Positions 63,083-64,000 of a stretch of 64,000 bases of DNA are shown piece after piece. The notes beneath the pieces were generated by a model. That model was not told the origin of the DNA. It searched no databases and saw only the letters and a program-made list of their open reading frames with translations. Each line of letters begins with the position of its first letter. Position 1 is the first letter of the stretch. A program made the position numbers and the translations under genes. Location of the stretch: NCBI GenBank assembly GCA_045539335.1, contig JAZQFD010000029.1:65420-129419 (forward strand). The letters are read 5' to 3'. This DNA is from Eubacteriales bacterium (lineage in GTDB: Bacteria > Bacillota > Clostridia > Oscillospirales > QAKW01).

Positions 63083-64000
63083 ATAAATCTGCTCGAAAAA
63101 TTGCATATGAACTTATAAATGAATGGGAAGAAAAATCGACATTCCCGAATTTGGCCCTTAAAAACACCTTAAGAGCGATTACTGATCAACGAGATCGTCG
63201 CTTTATCACAGCGCTGGTCTATGGTGTTGTGGAGCGAAAGATCACCCTGGATCATTTTATCGAAAAATGTACAGATCATAAAAAAATCGAAAGCACGATT
63301 CGATCGATATTGCGCATGGGGATTTATCAGATGTTTTATATGAATGTCCCTTCTTCTGCTGCTTGCAATACTTCGGTGGATCTGGCAAAGGAAGTCGGTT
63401 TTTTTCGCTCTTGCGGATTGGTAAACGCCGTTCTCAGACGATGCGACCGTGAACGGGAGGAGCTTCTTCTCTTAAAGAAGGCGAGCTTTTCTGTACGATA
63501 CTCCATTGCACCCCAATTGGTTGATCTGATTTTGAATCAATACGGGAAAGAGACCTTTATAGCAATGATGGAGCGTGAATCGGGAAGCAAAAACTCCATT
63601 CACTTATACCATAACATTAAGCGAGGTTCTAAAAGCGACTTCTTGAAAATAATGCAGCAAGAGGGTTTTGAATTGGAAGAAACCCCTTCTAAGCATTTAT
63701 ATAAAGTATTTGGAAACTATTCACCGGAGCATTCCGCCGCCTTTCTGGATGGCTGGTGTCATGTTGTTGGCCCTCATTCAGCAAAAGCCGCCTTATTGCT
63801 TCAGGCCGGAGCAGTAGGCATTATGGACCTATGCGCAGCTCCGGGTGGAAAAACATATATTTTGGCATCATTAACCGATGAGACTGTAGAGGCGTTTGAT
63901 ATACATCCTCATAAGATTCATCTTCTGCAAAAGGAAGCAAAACGATTGGGGCATAACAATATCATTGTAACTCAACACGATGCCACACAATTGATGAGTG
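63079..64000 (+). CDS. rsmB: 16S rRNA (cytosine-C5)-methyltransferase RsmB, 3' end truncated by the window edge
   Basis: ATGA overlap with the upstream gene. NusB-like N-domain (ARKIAYELINEW...DRRFITALVYGVVERK). SAM motif MDLCAAPGGKT. Confidence 0.88.
   Translation, partial: MNKSARKIAYELINEWEEKSTFPNLALKNTLRAITDQRDRRFITALVYGVVERKITLDHFIEKCTDHKKIESTIRSILRMGIYQMFYMNVPSSAACNTSVDLAKEVGFFRSCGLVNAVLRRCDREREELLLLKKASFSVRYSIAPQLVDLILNQYGKETFIAMMERESGSKNSIHLYHNIKRGSKSDFLKIMQQEGFELEETPSKHLYKVFGNYSPEHSAAFLDGWCHVVGPHSAKAALLLQAGAVGIMDLCAAPGGKTYILASLTDETVEAFDIHPHKIHLLQKEAKRLGHNNIIVTQHDATQLMS

Noticed and set aside
1-64000. A window-wide search for CRISPR repeats, IS elements/transposases, integrases, phage genes, toxin-antitoxin pairs, restriction-modification or other defence genes, rRNA and tRNA
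   Set aside because: None seen. I found no spaced direct repeats, no terminal inverted repeats flanking ORFs, no recombinase-like ORFs and no obvious compositional discontinuity. The window reads as core chromosome.

Overview
This window looks like a core chromosomal segment of a low-GC, anaerobic, endospore-forming Firmicute of the Clostridia type. The evidence is sigG with a sigma-F-type promoter, a HydABC-type [FeFe] hydrogenase, and the conserved yicC-remA-gmk-rpoZ-priA-def-fmt-rsmB block. I found no rRNA, tRNA, CRISPR array, IS element or prophage. Gene order from left to right: two tandem CNNM transporter paralogs, dusB and a MATE exporter; serA-serC on the minus strand; a five-gene regulatory module (DRTGG, HATPase kinase, sensory-type [FeFe]-hydrogenase-like protein, DRTGG, PHP phosphatase) directly upstream of a hydC/HATPase/2Fe-2S/hydB/hydA operon; a membrane parvulin-like protein; an FkbM methyltransferase; nagB and a phosphohexomutase; a membrane pyrophosphatase; pncB; a 12-kb eight-gene carbohydrate-ABC-like operon; two degenerate P-type-ATPase-like membrane proteins flanking rlmB; an EF-G paralog with degenerate GTPase motifs; rsuA; an orphan MsmX-type ABC ATPase; PucR-ftsE-ftsX-M23-S41; PAP2 and GT2; a P-loop NTPase; sigG and a mecA-like gene; then the housekeeping block. 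The best candidate for an undescribed system is the ABC-like operon at 25127-36872. It has a 1022-aa binding protein with two CBM-like modules, two permease pairs, an anchored NHL/TPR propeller, a Yip1 protein and a large secreted DUF protein, but no ATPase, regulator or recognisable catabolic enzyme. Next in interest are the pseudo-P-type ATPase pair, the sensory hydrogenase module and the EF-G paralog. All functional calls come from reading the translated ORFs for motifs by eye; no database search was run.
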